A stretch of DNA of 64,000 bases, taken from positions 23,932,001 to 23,996,000 of the forward strand of contig OY740805.1 of assembly GCA_963514005.1 (NCBI GenBank), given 5' to 3'. Of the stretch, positions 44,244-57,375 are shown one piece after another. Position numbers and translations under genes: made by a program. This stretch comes from Raja brachyura. Taxonomy: Eukaryota. The notes below the pieces were generated by a model. It ran no database searches. It was not told where the DNA came from and saw nothing but the letters and a program-made list of their open reading frames with translations. How positions within the stretch are numbered: the stretch's first letter is position 1; each line of letters begins with the position of its first letter.

Positions 44244-45965
44244 CCCTGCCCCTCTCTTTCTCCTCTCTCTCCCTCTCTCTCCTCTAACCCCCTCTCTCTC
44301 CCCTGTCTCCCCCTCACTCTCTCCCTTCCCTCTCTCTTCCCTCCCCCCCTCTCTCTCTCTCTCTCCCCCTCTCTCTCCCCCTCCCTCTCTCTTCCTCCTC
44401 TCTCCCTCCCACCTCACTCTCCCCCTCTCTCTCATCCCCTCCCTCCTCCCTCTCTTACCCCTAACTCTCTCTCCCCCTCTCTTTCTCTCTCCCCCTCTCC
44501 CTCCATCTCCACACACTCTCTCCCCCCTCACGCTCTCCCCTCTCCCTCACTATCTTCCCCCACATCTCTCTCTCCTCTCCCCCCTTCTCCCTCCCACCTC
44601 ACTCTCCCCTTGCTCTCTCTCCCCTCTCTTTCTCCTCTGTCTCTATCTCCTCTTTCTCTTTGCCCTCCCATTTCTCTCTCTTTCCCCGTTTCTCTCTTCC
44701 CCCCTCTCTCCCCCTCTCTCCCTCTTCCTCCTCTCTCTTTTACCACCCCTCTCTCTTCCCCCTCTCTCTCCCATTATCTCCTACCCTCTCCTCCCTCTCT
44801 ATCTCTTCCCTTTCTTCCCTCTCTCCCCCCCCACCTCACTCTCCCCCCTCTCTCCCTATCCCTCTCCTTTACCATTCTCTCCCCCCTCCCCCTCTTCTCT
44901 TTCCCCATTCACTCCCCCTCTGTCTCCCCCCCCCCCCCCCCCCCCCGTCTCCCTGTCTCCTTCCCCCCTCTCTTTCTCCACCTCCCTTTGGGAGTCTCTG
45001 TCCCGTCGGAACAGACAGAGACTCTCACGGCAGCGGCGCAACGCTTCCGACGCCTCCGACGGCCGGGGACTCTTGCACTGGGACTGCTCCACGGCCGGAG
45101 CTGCAGCGAGCGACTCGCAGGCCCCGCAAACACTCGCCAGCCCCGTTCTGGGCATCTGTCCTCGGCGAACACTCGCCAGCCCCGGATCCCCTCATCTGTC
45201 CCCGCCGCTACATCTGCTCCCATCTCTCCCTCAGCCCCGGCTCTCCAACACCCGCGAACCATGCAGTTTATCTGAGTTTTGAAATTTTCGTTGATCACAG
45301 AATTTGTCACCACAGAGCGTGCAAAATTTCTGATCAGCGTGAGGGCGTGAGAGTTTCTTCAAATGCGTGAGAGTTGGCAGCCCTGCTACACCCCACTCCC
45401 ACATTCTTACAGCATGAAACCCTCCATTCCCTCTCCCGCCATCCCCATCATCCAACTTCCCACCATCCCCTCAACCCCCACCATCCCAACCCCCACCATG
45501 CCAATCCCCTCCATCCCAATCACCTCCATCCCAATCCCCGCCATCCCACTCCCCGCCATCCCCACCATCCCACTCCCTTCCATCCCACCTCCAAATCCCC
45601 TCAATCCCAATCCCCTTCATCCCACTCCCTCTGTACTCCAGTACTCCACACTTCACTAGGCACTCCCTATCCTGCCCATGCACGCCCTCTCACTGCCCTG
45701 AATGACCTCTCACTCCCCGTGCTCTCTCTCACATACTATCCGCCCTTTCTCCTGCACTCTCTCCAACACTCCCCCTGCTCTCTCTCCCACACTCCCCCTC
45801 CACTCTCTCTCCCCCTGCACTCTCTCCCACAATCGCCCTGCACTCTCCCAACTCCCCCTTCCCTCTCCCCCACTCCCCCTGCTCTTTCTCCCTCTGCACT
45901 CTCTCCCACACTCCCCCTGCACTCCCTCTTACTCCCCCTGCACTCTCTTCCACACTCTCTCTTCC
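44244..45965. repeat. Polypyrimidine / C-rich low-complexity tracts (44244-44990, 45390-45965)
   Basis: CT-rich sequence and CCATCCC/CTCTCCC-type units. Confidence 0.9.
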
Positions 45966-46754
45966 TATACAGTCCAAAAGTCTTTCCCCAGAGTGGTGCA
46001 GCGGTAGAGCTGCTGCCTTACAGCGCCAGAGACCCGGGTTTGATCCTGACCACAGGTGCTGTCTGTATGGTGTTTGCATGTCCTCCCTGTGTTGAAGTGG
46101 GCTTTCCCCTAGTGCTCCGGTTTCTGCCCACATCCCAAAGAAGAGCAGGTTTTCCGGTCAATTGGCCTCTGTAAAATGTCCCTCATGTGTAGGATAGAGG
46201 TAGTGTGAATGGGCGTTCAATGGTCAGCGCGGACCCGTGGGCCGAAGGGCCTGTTTCTCTAAAATAAAGACTAAACTAAATCAAAGTGAGATAACACAAG
46301 AGGATGTAGATCTAGGGTAATGGGGAAGAGATCAGAGGGACCATTCTCAGTCAGAGTGTGGTGAGTACCTGGAACTCACCACGGCAGAGTTACCGACAGC
46401 GTTTAAGAAGTGAACGGACATGCTTTTGAATCACCTTGAAAGCTTGGGACCGATTGCTGGGGGAATGGGATTAATTCTAATTGGTGGCCAGCCGATCAAC
46501 ATGAACGCCAAACGTAGATGAAAAACTATTGAGTTGGTGGATTCCTTTTGCGTGATATATATAATACAGTAACTGGCTTTTTTTTTTCCTTTTCTCTCTC
46601 TTTGTTCTAGGCTCTATCTCTTAACCCCCTTTCTCTAATTCTTTGACCAAGGGTTTGTTTCTTTTTTCTTCTCCCCTTTGGCACGCTCTTTCACTTTCAC
46701 AACTTCACTCTCTTTCTTACTATTCTTTTTCTTTAAAAGCCATTACATTATGGG

Positions 46755-47260
46755 GTACAATAAGGGAGAGTACAGAGGAGATTTACTAGAATGTTGCCTG
46801 GGTTCCAGCAACTAAGTTACAGAGAAAAGTTGAACAAGTTGGGTCTTTATTCTTTGGAGCGCAGAAGGTTAAGGGGGGACTTGATTGAGGTCTTTAAAAT
46901 TATGAAAGGGATAGACAGAGTTGACGTGGATAAGCTTTTCCCATTGAGGGTAGGGAAGATTCAAACAAGAGGGCATGACATGAGAATTATAGGACAGAAG
47001 TTTAGGGGTAACATGAGGGGGGAACTTCTTTACTCAGAGAGTGGTGGCTGTGTGGAATGAGCTTCCAGCAGAAGTGGTGGAAGCAGGATCGATTTTAACA
47101 TTTAAAAGTAAAGTGGATAGGTATATGAACTGGAAGGGAATGGAGGGGTATGGTCTGAGTGCAGGTAGATGGGACTAGGGGAAAATAAATGTTCAGCACG
47201 GACTGGAAGGGCCGAGAGGGCCTGTTTTCGTGCTGTAATTGTTATATGTTGTTATATGGT
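46755..47260 (+). mobile_element. CR1 3' fragment (second subfamily, TTATATGG-type tail; related copy at 32875-33155)
   Basis: [21 protein letters not shown]...TRGH motifs. Confidence 0.8.
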
Positions 47261-48582
47261 TAATGATTGTAACAATATATATGTGATGTACACTGATGTA
47301 TTTATCTCTAATAAATAAAAATATTTTAAAAAACATGAACGTGGTGGGCCGAACGGCCTGTTTCCATTCTGTACCGCTCTGTCACTCGCCCACCATATGC
47401 TCTTCCACACCCAAGGTGGGCTCCCTCTAATTCTTCCTCTTCCTCTTCCCCTTTCCTCTCCCCTGCCCACGTCCTTCCCACTCACCCAACATGTCTCCCA
47501 TCTCTCTTGCCCTGAGTCAAACCACGGCCCATTTTGTTGGTACCGCTTCAGAATTCCTCATGAATACATCACAAGAATTTTTGCCCCTGGGTCGTTAACT
47601 GGTGATGAGTCTGAAATCACTGCTTGCCCCAACTGGATTTGAGTTTAGAGTTACAGCATGGAAACAAGCCCTTTGGTCCACTTTGTTCACACCAACCGTT
47701 AGCACGAGTTCTAAATTATTCTACTTTCTCATCACACAAGGGGCAATTTACTCAACTTACAAACTGGGTGCGTTTTACAGAGGTCAATTCACCTCCAAAA
47801 CCGCACATCTTTGGGATGTGGGTGAAAACCGGAGCACCTGGAGGAAGCCCATGGAGTAACAGTGAGACCATGCAAACTCAACACCCGAGGTCAGGATCGA
47901 ACCCGGGTCTCTGGTGCTGTGAGGCAGCAGCTCTACCATTGTACCACTCACTGTTCTGTTTGTAATCCTCAGGACATGCCCGCACGTCGACCTTTGTGGA
48001 CTACCCCTAACCCTGCCCTTGCTTTTGTACCCCCTAACGCCCATCCGTACAGCACCCTCACCCACCTCCCCACACTAGGTTCTCCACACACCTTGAGGAA
48101 ATGGTAGCAGGAAGCACAAGGAACTGCAAATGCTGGAACCTTGAGCAAAACACAAAGCGCTGGAGGAACTCAACGGGTCGGGCAGAATCTGTGGAAGGGG
48201 ATGGACAGATGATGGTTCGGGTCGGGACCCTTCTTCAGTCCCTGCAAATGGCATTAGAGGTAGGCCACCCAGCCCCTCAAGCTTGTCCCGCCATTCAATT
48301 CCCACAAGAGCTGTTGTGGTCCAGTTCTCATTTCCTCTTCTGATTCGGTTCCTCCCACAGTGCCTGCTGGGGAGAGGAACCATGGAACATCTGTATAACT
48401 TGGCAAGTGAAAGACCGCACTGATTAGAGGAGCTAAGTCACCCACCAATCCAAAGATGCCCTGCAGTTTAACAAATGTGTTGGAAGAAAACCAAACCAAA
48501 CCAAACACTTAGGTTTATTTATAAAGGGACAAACGCTGAAATTGGAAACTTCTGTTATGACCGCGTTGAGGCACACAGAATA

Positions 48583-51130
48583 CATAGAAACATAGAAACA
48601 TAGAAAATAGGTGCAGGAGTAGGCCATTCGGCCCTTCGAGCCTGCACCGCCATTCAATGTGATCATGGCTGATCATCCAACTCAGTATCCCGTACCTGCC
48701 TTCTCTCCATACCCCCTGATCCCTTTAGCCACAAGTGCCACATCTAACGCCCTCTTAAATATAGCCAATGAACTGGCCTCAACTACCTTCTGTGGCAGAG
48801 AATTCCAGAGACTCACCACTCTCTGTGTAAAGAATGTTTTCCTCATTTCGGTCCTAAAGGAATTCCCCCTTATCCTTAGACTGTGACCCCTTGTTCTGGA
48901 CTCCCCCAACATCGGGAACAATCTTCCAGCATCTAGCTTGTCCAACCCCTTAAGAATTTTGTAGGTTTCTATAAGATCCCCCCTCAATCTTCTAAATTCC
49001 ATCGAGTACAAACCGAGTCTATCCAATCTTTCCTCATATGAAAGTCCTGACATCCCAGGAATCAGTCTGGTGAATCTTCTCTGTACCCCCTCTATGGCAA
49101 GGATGTCTTTCCTCAGATTTGGAGACCAAAACTGTACGCAGTACTCCAGGTGTGGCCTCACCAAAACCCTGTACAACTGCAGTAGAACCTCCCTGCTCCT
49201 ATACTCAAATCCTTTCGCTATGAATGCTAACATACCATTTGCTTTCTTCACTGCCTGCTGCACCTGCATGCCTACTTTCAATGACTGGTGTACCATGACA
49301 CCCAGGTCTCGTTGCATCTCCCCCTTACCTAATCTGCCACCATTCAGATAATAGTCTACCCTCATGTTTTTGCCACCAAAGTGGATAACCTCACATTTAT
49401 CCACATTGTACTGCATCTGCCATGCATCTGCCCATTCACTCAGCCTATCCAAATCACCCTGCAGCCTCCAAGCATCCTCCTCACACCTAACTATACCCCC
49501 CAGCTTGGTATCATCTGCAAATTTGGAGATGTTGCATTGAATTCCCTCGTCCAAATCATTAATATATATTGTAAATAGCTGGGGTCCCAGCACTGAGCCT
49601 TGCGGCACCCCACTAGTCACTGCCTGCCATTCTGAAAAGGACCCGTTTACTCCTACCCTTTGCCTCCTGTCTGCTAGCCAGTTCTCTATCCACATCAATA
49701 CTGAACCCCCAATACCGTGTGCTTTAAGTTTGTATGCTAATCTCTTATGCGGGACCTTGTCGAAAGCCTTCTGAAAGTCTAGATATAACACATCCACTGG
49801 TTCTCCCTTATCCACTCTACTAGTTACATCCTCGAAAAATTCTATCAGATTTGTCAGACATGATTTACCTTTCGTAAATCCATGCTGACTTTGTCCAATG
49901 ATTTCACCACTTTCCAAATGCGCTGCTATCCCATCTTTAATAACTGACTCTAGCAGTTTCCCCACTACCGATGTTAGACTAACTGGTCTGTAATTCCCCG
50001 CTTTCTCTCTCCCTCCTTTTTTAAAAAGTGGGGTTACATTAGCTACCCTCCAATCCTCAGGAACTACTCCAGAATCTAAGGAATTTTGAAAAATTATCAC
50101 TAATGCATCCACTATTTCTGTGGCTACCTCCTTGAGTACTCTGGGATGCAGACTATCTGGCCCTGGGGATTTATCGGCCTTCAATCCGTTCAATTTACCC
50201 AACACCACCTCCCGGCTAACCTGGATTTCACTCAGTTCCTCCATCTTATTTGACCCCCGTTCCACTGCTATTTCCGGCAGATTATTTATGTCTTCCTTAG
50301 TGAAGACAGAACCAAAGTAGTTATTCAATTGGTCTGCCATGTCCTTGTTCCCCATGATCAATTCACCTGTTTCTGACTGCAAGGGACCAACATTTGTTTT
50401 AACTAGTCTCTTTCTCTTTACATATCTATAAAAACTTTTGCAGTCAGTTTTTATGTTCCCTGCCAGTTTCCTTTCATAATCTATTTTCCCTTTCCTAATT
50501 AAGCCCTTTGTCCTCCTCTGCTGGATTCTGAATTTCTCCCAGTCCTCCGGTAGGCTGCTTTTTCTGGCAAATTTGTATGCCTCATCTTTTGTTTTTATAC
50601 TATCCCTGATTTCCCTTGTTATCCATGGATGCACCACCTTCCCCGATTTATTCTTTTGCCAAACTGGTATGAACAACTTTTGTACTTCATCCATGCAGTC
50701 TTTAAATACCTTCCATTGCACATCCACTGTCAACCCTTTAAGAATCACCTGCCAGTCTATCTTGGCCAATTCACATCTCATACCTTCAAAGTTACCTTTG
50801 TTCAAGTTCAGAACCCTTGTTTCTGACTTAATTTTGTCACTCTCCATCCTAATGAAGAACTCAACCATATTATGGTCACTCTTGCCCAAGGGACCACGCA
50901 CAACAAGACTGCTAACTAACCCTTCCTCATTACTCAATACCCAGTCTAGGATAGCCTGCTCTCTCGTTGGTTCCTCCACATGTTGGTTGAGAAAACTATC
51001 CCGCATACATTCCAGGAAATCCTCTTCCTCAGCACCCCTGCCAATTTGATTCACCCAATCTACATGCAGATTGAAGTCACCCATTATAACCGTGTTACCC
51101 TTGTTGCACGCATTTCTAATTTCCTGTTTG
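48583..51130 (-). mobile_element. CR1 LINE, young, 5'-truncated; endonuclease end plus complete RT in an open frame
   Basis: [60 protein letters not shown]; (CATAGAAA)n tail. Confidence 0.95.
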
Positions 51131-52295
51131 AAATACCAGGGGATCGAGGATCTTGTGGGAGCGAGGAACTGAAGGGATTCAACATTAGTCAGGAAATGGT
51201 GTTCGGTAAACTGTTGGGACTGAAGGCTGATAAATCCCCAGGGTCTGATCCCAGAGCACTCAAGGAGGTGGCCCTGGAAATTGTGGATGCATTGATGATC
51301 ATTTTCCAATATTCTCTCGACTCTTTGATCAGTTCTTGTGGACTGGAGAGTAGCCTATGCAGGATCGCAGGCAGTGACTAGTGTGGTGCCACAAGGGGCA
51401 GTGCTGGGACCCCAGTTATTTACAATATATATTAACGATTTAGACGAAAGAATTAAATGTAACATCTCCAAGTTTGTGGATGAAACAAAGCTGGGTGGTA
51501 GTGTGAGCTGTGAGGAGGATGCAATGAGGCTGCAGGGTGACTTGGATAGGTTGGGTGAGGGGGAATATGCATGGCAGATGCAGTATAATGTGGATAAATG
51601 TGAGGTTACCCACTTTGGTGGCAAGGACAAGGCAGATTATTATCTGAATGGTGTCAGACTAGGAAAAGGGGAGGTGCACGAGACCTGAGTGTCCTTTTAC
51701 ATCAGTCACTGAAAATAAGCATTAAAGAAGGAACTGCAGATGCTGGAGAATCGAGGGTTACACAAAAAGCTGGAGAAACTCAGCGGGTGCAGCAGCATCT
51801 AAGGGGCGAAGGAGATAAGCGACGTTTCGGGTCGAGACCCTTCTTCAGACTGAAAATAAGCATGCAGGCGCAGCAGGCAGGGAAGAAAACAAATTGCATG
51901 TTGGCCTTCATTGCAAGAGGTTTTGAGTTTAAGAGCAAGGAGGTCCTACTGCAGTCATACAGGGCCCTGGTGAGACCGCACCTGGAGTATTGTATGCAAT
52001 TTTGGTCTCATAATTTGAGGACGGACATTGTTTCTATTGAGGAAGTGCAGCATAGGTTCACCAGGTTAATTCCCAGGATGGCGGCACTGACATATGATGA
52101 AAGGATGGGTCGACTGGGCTTGCATTCAGTGGAAATTTAGAAGGATGAGAGGATATCTTGTAGAAACATATAAAATTCTTAAAGGATTGGACAGGCTAGA
52201 TACATGAAACATGTTCCTGATGTTGGGGGAGTCCAGAACCAGGGGTCACAGTTTAAGAATAGGGGGTAGGCCATTTAGGACTGAGATGAGGAAGG
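51131..52295 (+). mobile_element. Older CR1 fragments (RT region), interrupted by a Penelope-end repeat at ~51722-51850
   Basis: KSPG, VPQGAVLGP, KFVDE, RPHLEY motifs with stops and deletions. Confidence 0.8.
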
Positions 52296-52459
52296 GCCTG
52301 CTTCCACACTGTAGCTCTAACCTAAACTAAAATGAAATGCTTTGACAGTGTGGTTTCCATTTGTGAGAAGCGTATAAACAGAAGCTGTCACCAAATCACG
52401 TTCAGCAGCAAATGCGGTTGCAAATTTAGCAGAAATCCTTCAAGCCACAAGGATCAAAG

Positions 52460-53330
52460 TCACAGAGTGATACAGTGTGGAAACAGGCCCTTCGGCCCAG
52501 CTCGCCCACACCAGCCAACATGTCGCAGCTACACTAGTCCCACCTGCCTGCGCTTGGTCCATATCCCTCCAAACCTGTCCTATCCATGTACCTGTATAAC
52601 TATTTCTTAAACGTTGGGATAGTCCCAACCGCAACTACCTCCTCCGGCAGCTTGTTCCATACACCCACCACACTCTGTGTGAAAATGTTACCCCTCAGAT
52701 TCCTATTGAATCCTTTCCCCTTCACCTTGATCCTATGTCCTCTGGTCCTTGATTCTCCTACTCTGGGCAAGAGACTCTGTGCATTTACCCAATCTATTCC
52801 TCTCTTGATTTAATACACCTCAATAAGACCACCCCTCATTCTCCTGCGCTCCAAGGAATAGACACCCAGCCTATTCAACCTCTCCCTATAGCTCACAACC
52901 TCTACTCCTGGCAACATCCTCGTAAATCTTCTCTGAACCCTTTCAAGCTTGACAATACCTTTCCTGTAAAATGGTGCCAGAACTGAACACAATATTCTAA
53001 ATGCGGTCTCACCAACATCTTATACAACTGCAACATGACCTCCCAACTTCTATACTCAATACCCTGACTGATGAACGGCAAAGTGCCAAAAGCCTTTTTG
53101 ACAACCTTCTCTACCTGCGACTCGACCTTCAAGGATCCACGCACCTGTACTCCTAGATCCCTCTGCTCCACAACACTCACCAGAGGCCGACCATTCCCTG
53201 TGTAGGTCCGGCCCTTGTTCGATGTCCAAAAATGCAACATGTCACATTTTTCTGCATCAAATTCCATCAACCATTCTTCAGCCCACCTGGCCAATCGATC
53301 AAGATCATGCTGCAATCTTTCACAGCCATC
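52460..53330 (-). mobile_element. CR1 3' fragment (third subfamily; related copy at ~28725-29290)
   Basis: DLDRLARWAEEW.MEF...KC...RDLGV...RPHLEY. Confidence 0.8.
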
Positions 53331-53644
53331 TTCAAGAGCAGTGAGTCTTTGGAACTGCCCCCCATGGGAGTTGATAGAAGTGGAGTTTTGTAGGTAAGTT
53401 CATAAGGTATGGAAATAGAATTAGGCAATTCGGCCCACCGAGTCTGCTCGGCCATTCATTCATAACTGATCTACCTTGTCCACTTAATCCCATTCTCCCC
53501 GTAACCTTTGATGCCCTTACTAATCAAGAACCTATCAATCTCTGCTTTAAAAATACCCAGTAGTGAGTCGGGTACTTTTCTGCACTGCCGTTTCGGCGCC
53601 GCTGTTTTGGCGCCTCCGTTTATAACATCTGTACTCATCAGAAC

Positions 53645-56052
53645 CCTAACCCTAACCCTAACCTCTGTAAATACCTCCAGATAAATAAAACCAGACACCC
53701 CCATACAAGTCAGAAAAATGTTACCTGGAAACTACAACCCAGCAAGCCTGTTTTAATAATTGGGGATTCAAACATTGCCAGGATCCCCAAATTCTCCAAC
53801 AATAACATACAATTGGACAGCTATCCAGGAGCCAAATGTATACATAGCACTTCCATCCTTGACAAATTGAACCAATGTCCAGAAACTCAAAAAGTCATTC
53901 TCTCTTTTGGCATTAATCATAAGGAACAAAGACCACAGACGGGGTCATCAAACAACTCCAAACACTAATCAAGATGGCCAGGGGTAAATTCCTTAATGCC
54001 AGCATATGGATCCCCATGATCAACTTCAGCCAGTCTCTCCCAGCACCAGAGCAGGACACACTCAGACAACTTAATGACTACATACAGACCAAGAGACACA
54101 TTCCCACCATTCCCACCTGCCAGTTTAAAGTAGTCGCAGACCACGTCCACTGGACAGAACCCACAGCCCGAGCCATGATCAGAGAATGGATGAAGCATTT
54201 AAACTGTTAGGGACACCATGCCAAGAGAGGCATGGCCCACAATTAGGGAAAACAATCATCAACCTTTCTAAGACATTCTCCCTTACAGAAACCCAAGAGA
54301 GGGTACTGAACAGAGGCCTCACCTTCGTCCCTACTCCCAAATCCCACAAGGAACAAGTGCAGGGTGAATCCTATGGGGTAGCAGAATACATTGACCACTA
54401 CCTTAACCCACTGGCACAACAACACCCCAGCTACATCAAAGACACCTACCACTTCACCCGAATGGTTAACTCCCTCAGCATACCGCCCAACGCAATACTC
54501 TTCACCATGGATGTGGAAAGCCTGTACACAAACATAGAGACAGACAGGGGGATGCAGGCGGTCAAAAACATCCTACAGAGAAATCCTGACCCAGAGAGAC
54601 CAGGCGAGGCCCTAGTTAAACTACTTGATCTGGGTTTGACCAAGAATGACTTTGAATTTAACGGGGAGTTCTATTTACAAGTCAAACGGACAGCAATGGG
54701 GAAGACGTTTTCCCCAGCGTATGCCAACATATACATGGCAGAATGGGAGGAAGTTTTCAACAAATGTCCCAAGCGTCCAAGGTGCTACTATAGATTCCTA
54801 GATGACATTTGGGGAGTGTGGACACACTCAGAAGGGGGATTAGAGGAGTTTATTAACATACTCAATGCCCACCACCCTTCCATCAAGGTAAAGGCCATGA
54901 CTAGCCAGGAGAGGGTGGACTTCCTTGACACCACTGTCTTTAAACTACCATCATTAGATAATCAGGACCATAAACTAGCGACCAAAGTCTTTTTCAAACC
55001 CACAGACACCCACACCCTCCTACACACCACGAGCCACCACCCAAAACACACCTTCAGGGGTATCGTTAAGTCACTACTGACCCGCTTCCACCGTATATGT
55101 ACTAGGGAGGAGGACTTCAACCAGGCCACAAGCACCCTCTTCACCGCCCTCAGACAGAGGGGTTACTGCAAACGGAAATTAAGACACATCAAGTCAGATT
55201 TTCTAAAAAGCATACAAGCGCCCAGACCTAGGCCGGGGACCACATTGAACCTACCACTAATAACAAGATATGGCAACATGGCTGTCCAGGCCCACAAAAT
55301 AGTCAAGGGCCGTTTTGAACAATTCCAAAGGGGATTTGCCACACTAAAGGGGTACAAGGTAATGTCAGCATTCAAGAGGGCTAAAAATCTGAAGGACATC
55401 CTGGTCAGTACAAGTCTACACACAAGCCCAGACTGTGAGCAGAGACGGTGTGGAGCCTGCACCCACTTAGTAATAGCCAAGAATATAGAGAACAGTATAA
55501 CAGGGAAGAGAGGCCAGATAGCACAGAGAATAACCTGTGAGCAAAAGAAAGGTGTATGCAATTAGATGTAAAGAGTGTAACTTGCTGTACATAGGCGAAA
55601 CAGGTAACAGCATCAGAGTCAGACTGACAGGACACCTCAGCAACATCACAAGGGGGGATCAATCCATACTCATTAGCAGGCACTTCCAGCAACATGGGAT
55701 CCAGTCCCTAGAGATCATGGGCCTGGAAACAAACATAAATTGGACAACAGGGAGACTGAAGAGAGCAGAGAGGCTATGGATAAAGCGCTACAGACGAAAG
55801 AGCCCAATGGCCTAAATCTAGCATAAACTCAAACCTAGGGTGGATCCTAACTGACTCCTACAAATCTATGGAAGGGCAAGTGTAAGGCAAATTGATTTGG
55901 ACAAGGGTGATGAAACCGTGGGCCAAGTGACAGTACATAGTGAAAAGGAATCCCCAGGGGGAGATCAACAAGCACCAGAGGGCATGTTGTCCCACTGTCT
56001 GATAAATCACAACCTAACCCTAACCTCTGTAAATACCTCCAGATAAATAAAA
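53645..56052 (+). mobile_element. Penelope-like element (Neptune-like) with SGNH esterase ORF, RT and GIY-YIG; CCCTAA-containing direct repeats
   Basis: RT: FTMDVESLYTNI, TAMGKTFSPAYA, RFLDDIW; endonuclease: VYAIRC..C..LYIGET; ~40-bp direct repeat (..CCCTAACCTCTGTAAATACCTCCAGATAAATAAAA) at ~53650-53690 and ~56012-56052. Confidence 0.85.
53693..54210 (+). pseudogene. SGNH/GDSL esterase-like ORF of the Penelope-like element (one frameshift at ~53945)
   Basis: Hand translation: VLIIGDSN (block I), SYPGA (II), VILSFGIN (III), DHVHW (V). Confidence 0.8.
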
Positions 56053-56202
56053 GTGTTCCATGCATCACAATACTCCGGGATAGTGAATTCCACAGATTCA
56101 TCACCCTCTGCAAGAAGTTCCTATGCCAAGGATATTGCAAGTGAGATCAGCTTTATGTTAACAAGTTTGGAAATTGGTTCCCACTGGCCCACCACTGTGG
56201 CA

Positions 56203-56258
56203 CCCTAACCCTAACCCTAACCCATACCCTAACCCATACCCTGACCCTAACTCTAACA
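56203..56258 (+). repeat. Interstitial telomere-like (CCCTAA)n tract, degenerate
   Basis: ccctaaccctaaccctaacccataccctaacccataccctgaccctaactctaa. Confidence 0.85.
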
Positions 56259-56654
56259 CCCCGAAACGGAGGCACCGAAAGGTACCATTCCGCCAATAAT
56301 GGGCTCCACATCCGTCAATGGCCATTAATTCCATGGATTCACCACCCTCTGGCTAAAGAAATTCCTCTTCATCTCCATTCTAAAGGAACGTCCTTTGATT
56401 CTGAGACCGTGCCATTTGTTTCTGGACTCTCCCACTGGTGGAAATATCATCTGCACATCCACTCTATCCAGGCCTTTCATTATTTGGTGAGTTTCAATGA
56501 GTTTTCCCCTTGTCCTTCTGAACTCCAGCGAGTAGAGGCCCAGAGCAGTCAAATGCTCTTCATATCCAATAACCCAATCATCCCACCCGGATCATTCTCA
56601 TAATCCTCCTTTGGACCCTCTCCAACGCCAGCTGGATGGTTTAAGGGAAGACTG

Positions 56655-57375
56655 ACAAGACAAGACAAGAGATATTTATCGTCACATGCACCAATTGATA
56701 CAGTGAAATTTGGGGTCACCATACGAATAAAAAAAGAACACAACACACGATAGAGTCCAACATAAAACATCCCCACACAGCGGAATCAAAGTTTTCCCAC
56801 TGTGAGGGAAGGCACCAAAGTTCAGTCACCCTCCTCTGATGTTCTTTGATGTTCACCCGTGTTCGGGGTCTCCCGAGCCCTCCGCCAGCCCAATGTTCAG
56901 ACCATCTCGCCGGGATGATGGAACTCCGACGTCGGAACGGAAGAACATCCTCAGCGGCTTGGACATCCGAATCGGCCACTTCCTATGGAGACCGCGGCTG
57001 CCAAAGCCCACATGCCGAGCTGGGTGGCGATTCGCACTGGCGACCCTCGGCAAAGGGATCCCAGGCCTCTGCGATGTTGAAGTCAGCGCCGCCCGCGGCT
57101 AGAAGCTCTACAAACCACAGCTCCACGATGTTGAAGCAGCAGGCCCAACACCCCGGAGCTTCAAACGACGATCTGGGTAAGGGATCGCTCGCTCCGCGAT
57201 GAATCCAGCGCTGCGCCGCTGCTGAAGTTCTGGTCCGGTCTCCGGCAGGAAAGGCCGCGCCAATCCAGTCGGTTGGCCGTGAGGGGGGGGCGAGGACGCG
57301 ACTCGCCAGGAAGTGTTTGGGAAACAGTTTCCCCCTTAGCCTCCTCACCTCCCCCACATAAAAATACTAAGTACA
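56655..57375 (-). mobile_element. Non-autonomous CpG-rich retroelement with a Rex1-like (TCTTG)n tail; relatives at ~24600-25200 and ~60880-61230
   Basis: Shared internal motifs between copies (CTCCACGATGTT, GGGATCGCT, CAGTTTCCCCC) and a similar GGTGGCRYCGT-type 5' end in the relatives. Confidence 0.55.

Larger units (their letters stand above)
37498..45385. mobile_element. Putative hAT-like element bounded by CAGGGCTGCCAAC / GTTGGCAGCCCTG, with nested insertions
   Basis: 13-bp TIRs; flanking duplication CTACACC (37491-37497, 45386-45392); a second diverged right end at ~43720-44016. Confidence 0.55.

Noticed and set aside
43953-45370. Long ORFs of 192-438 aa
   Set aside because: They run through the N gap and CT-rich low-complexity DNA; artefacts
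51131-51309. N-terminus of the 875-aa ORF
   Set aside because: Antisense read-through of an adjacent older CR1 fragment, not part of ORF2
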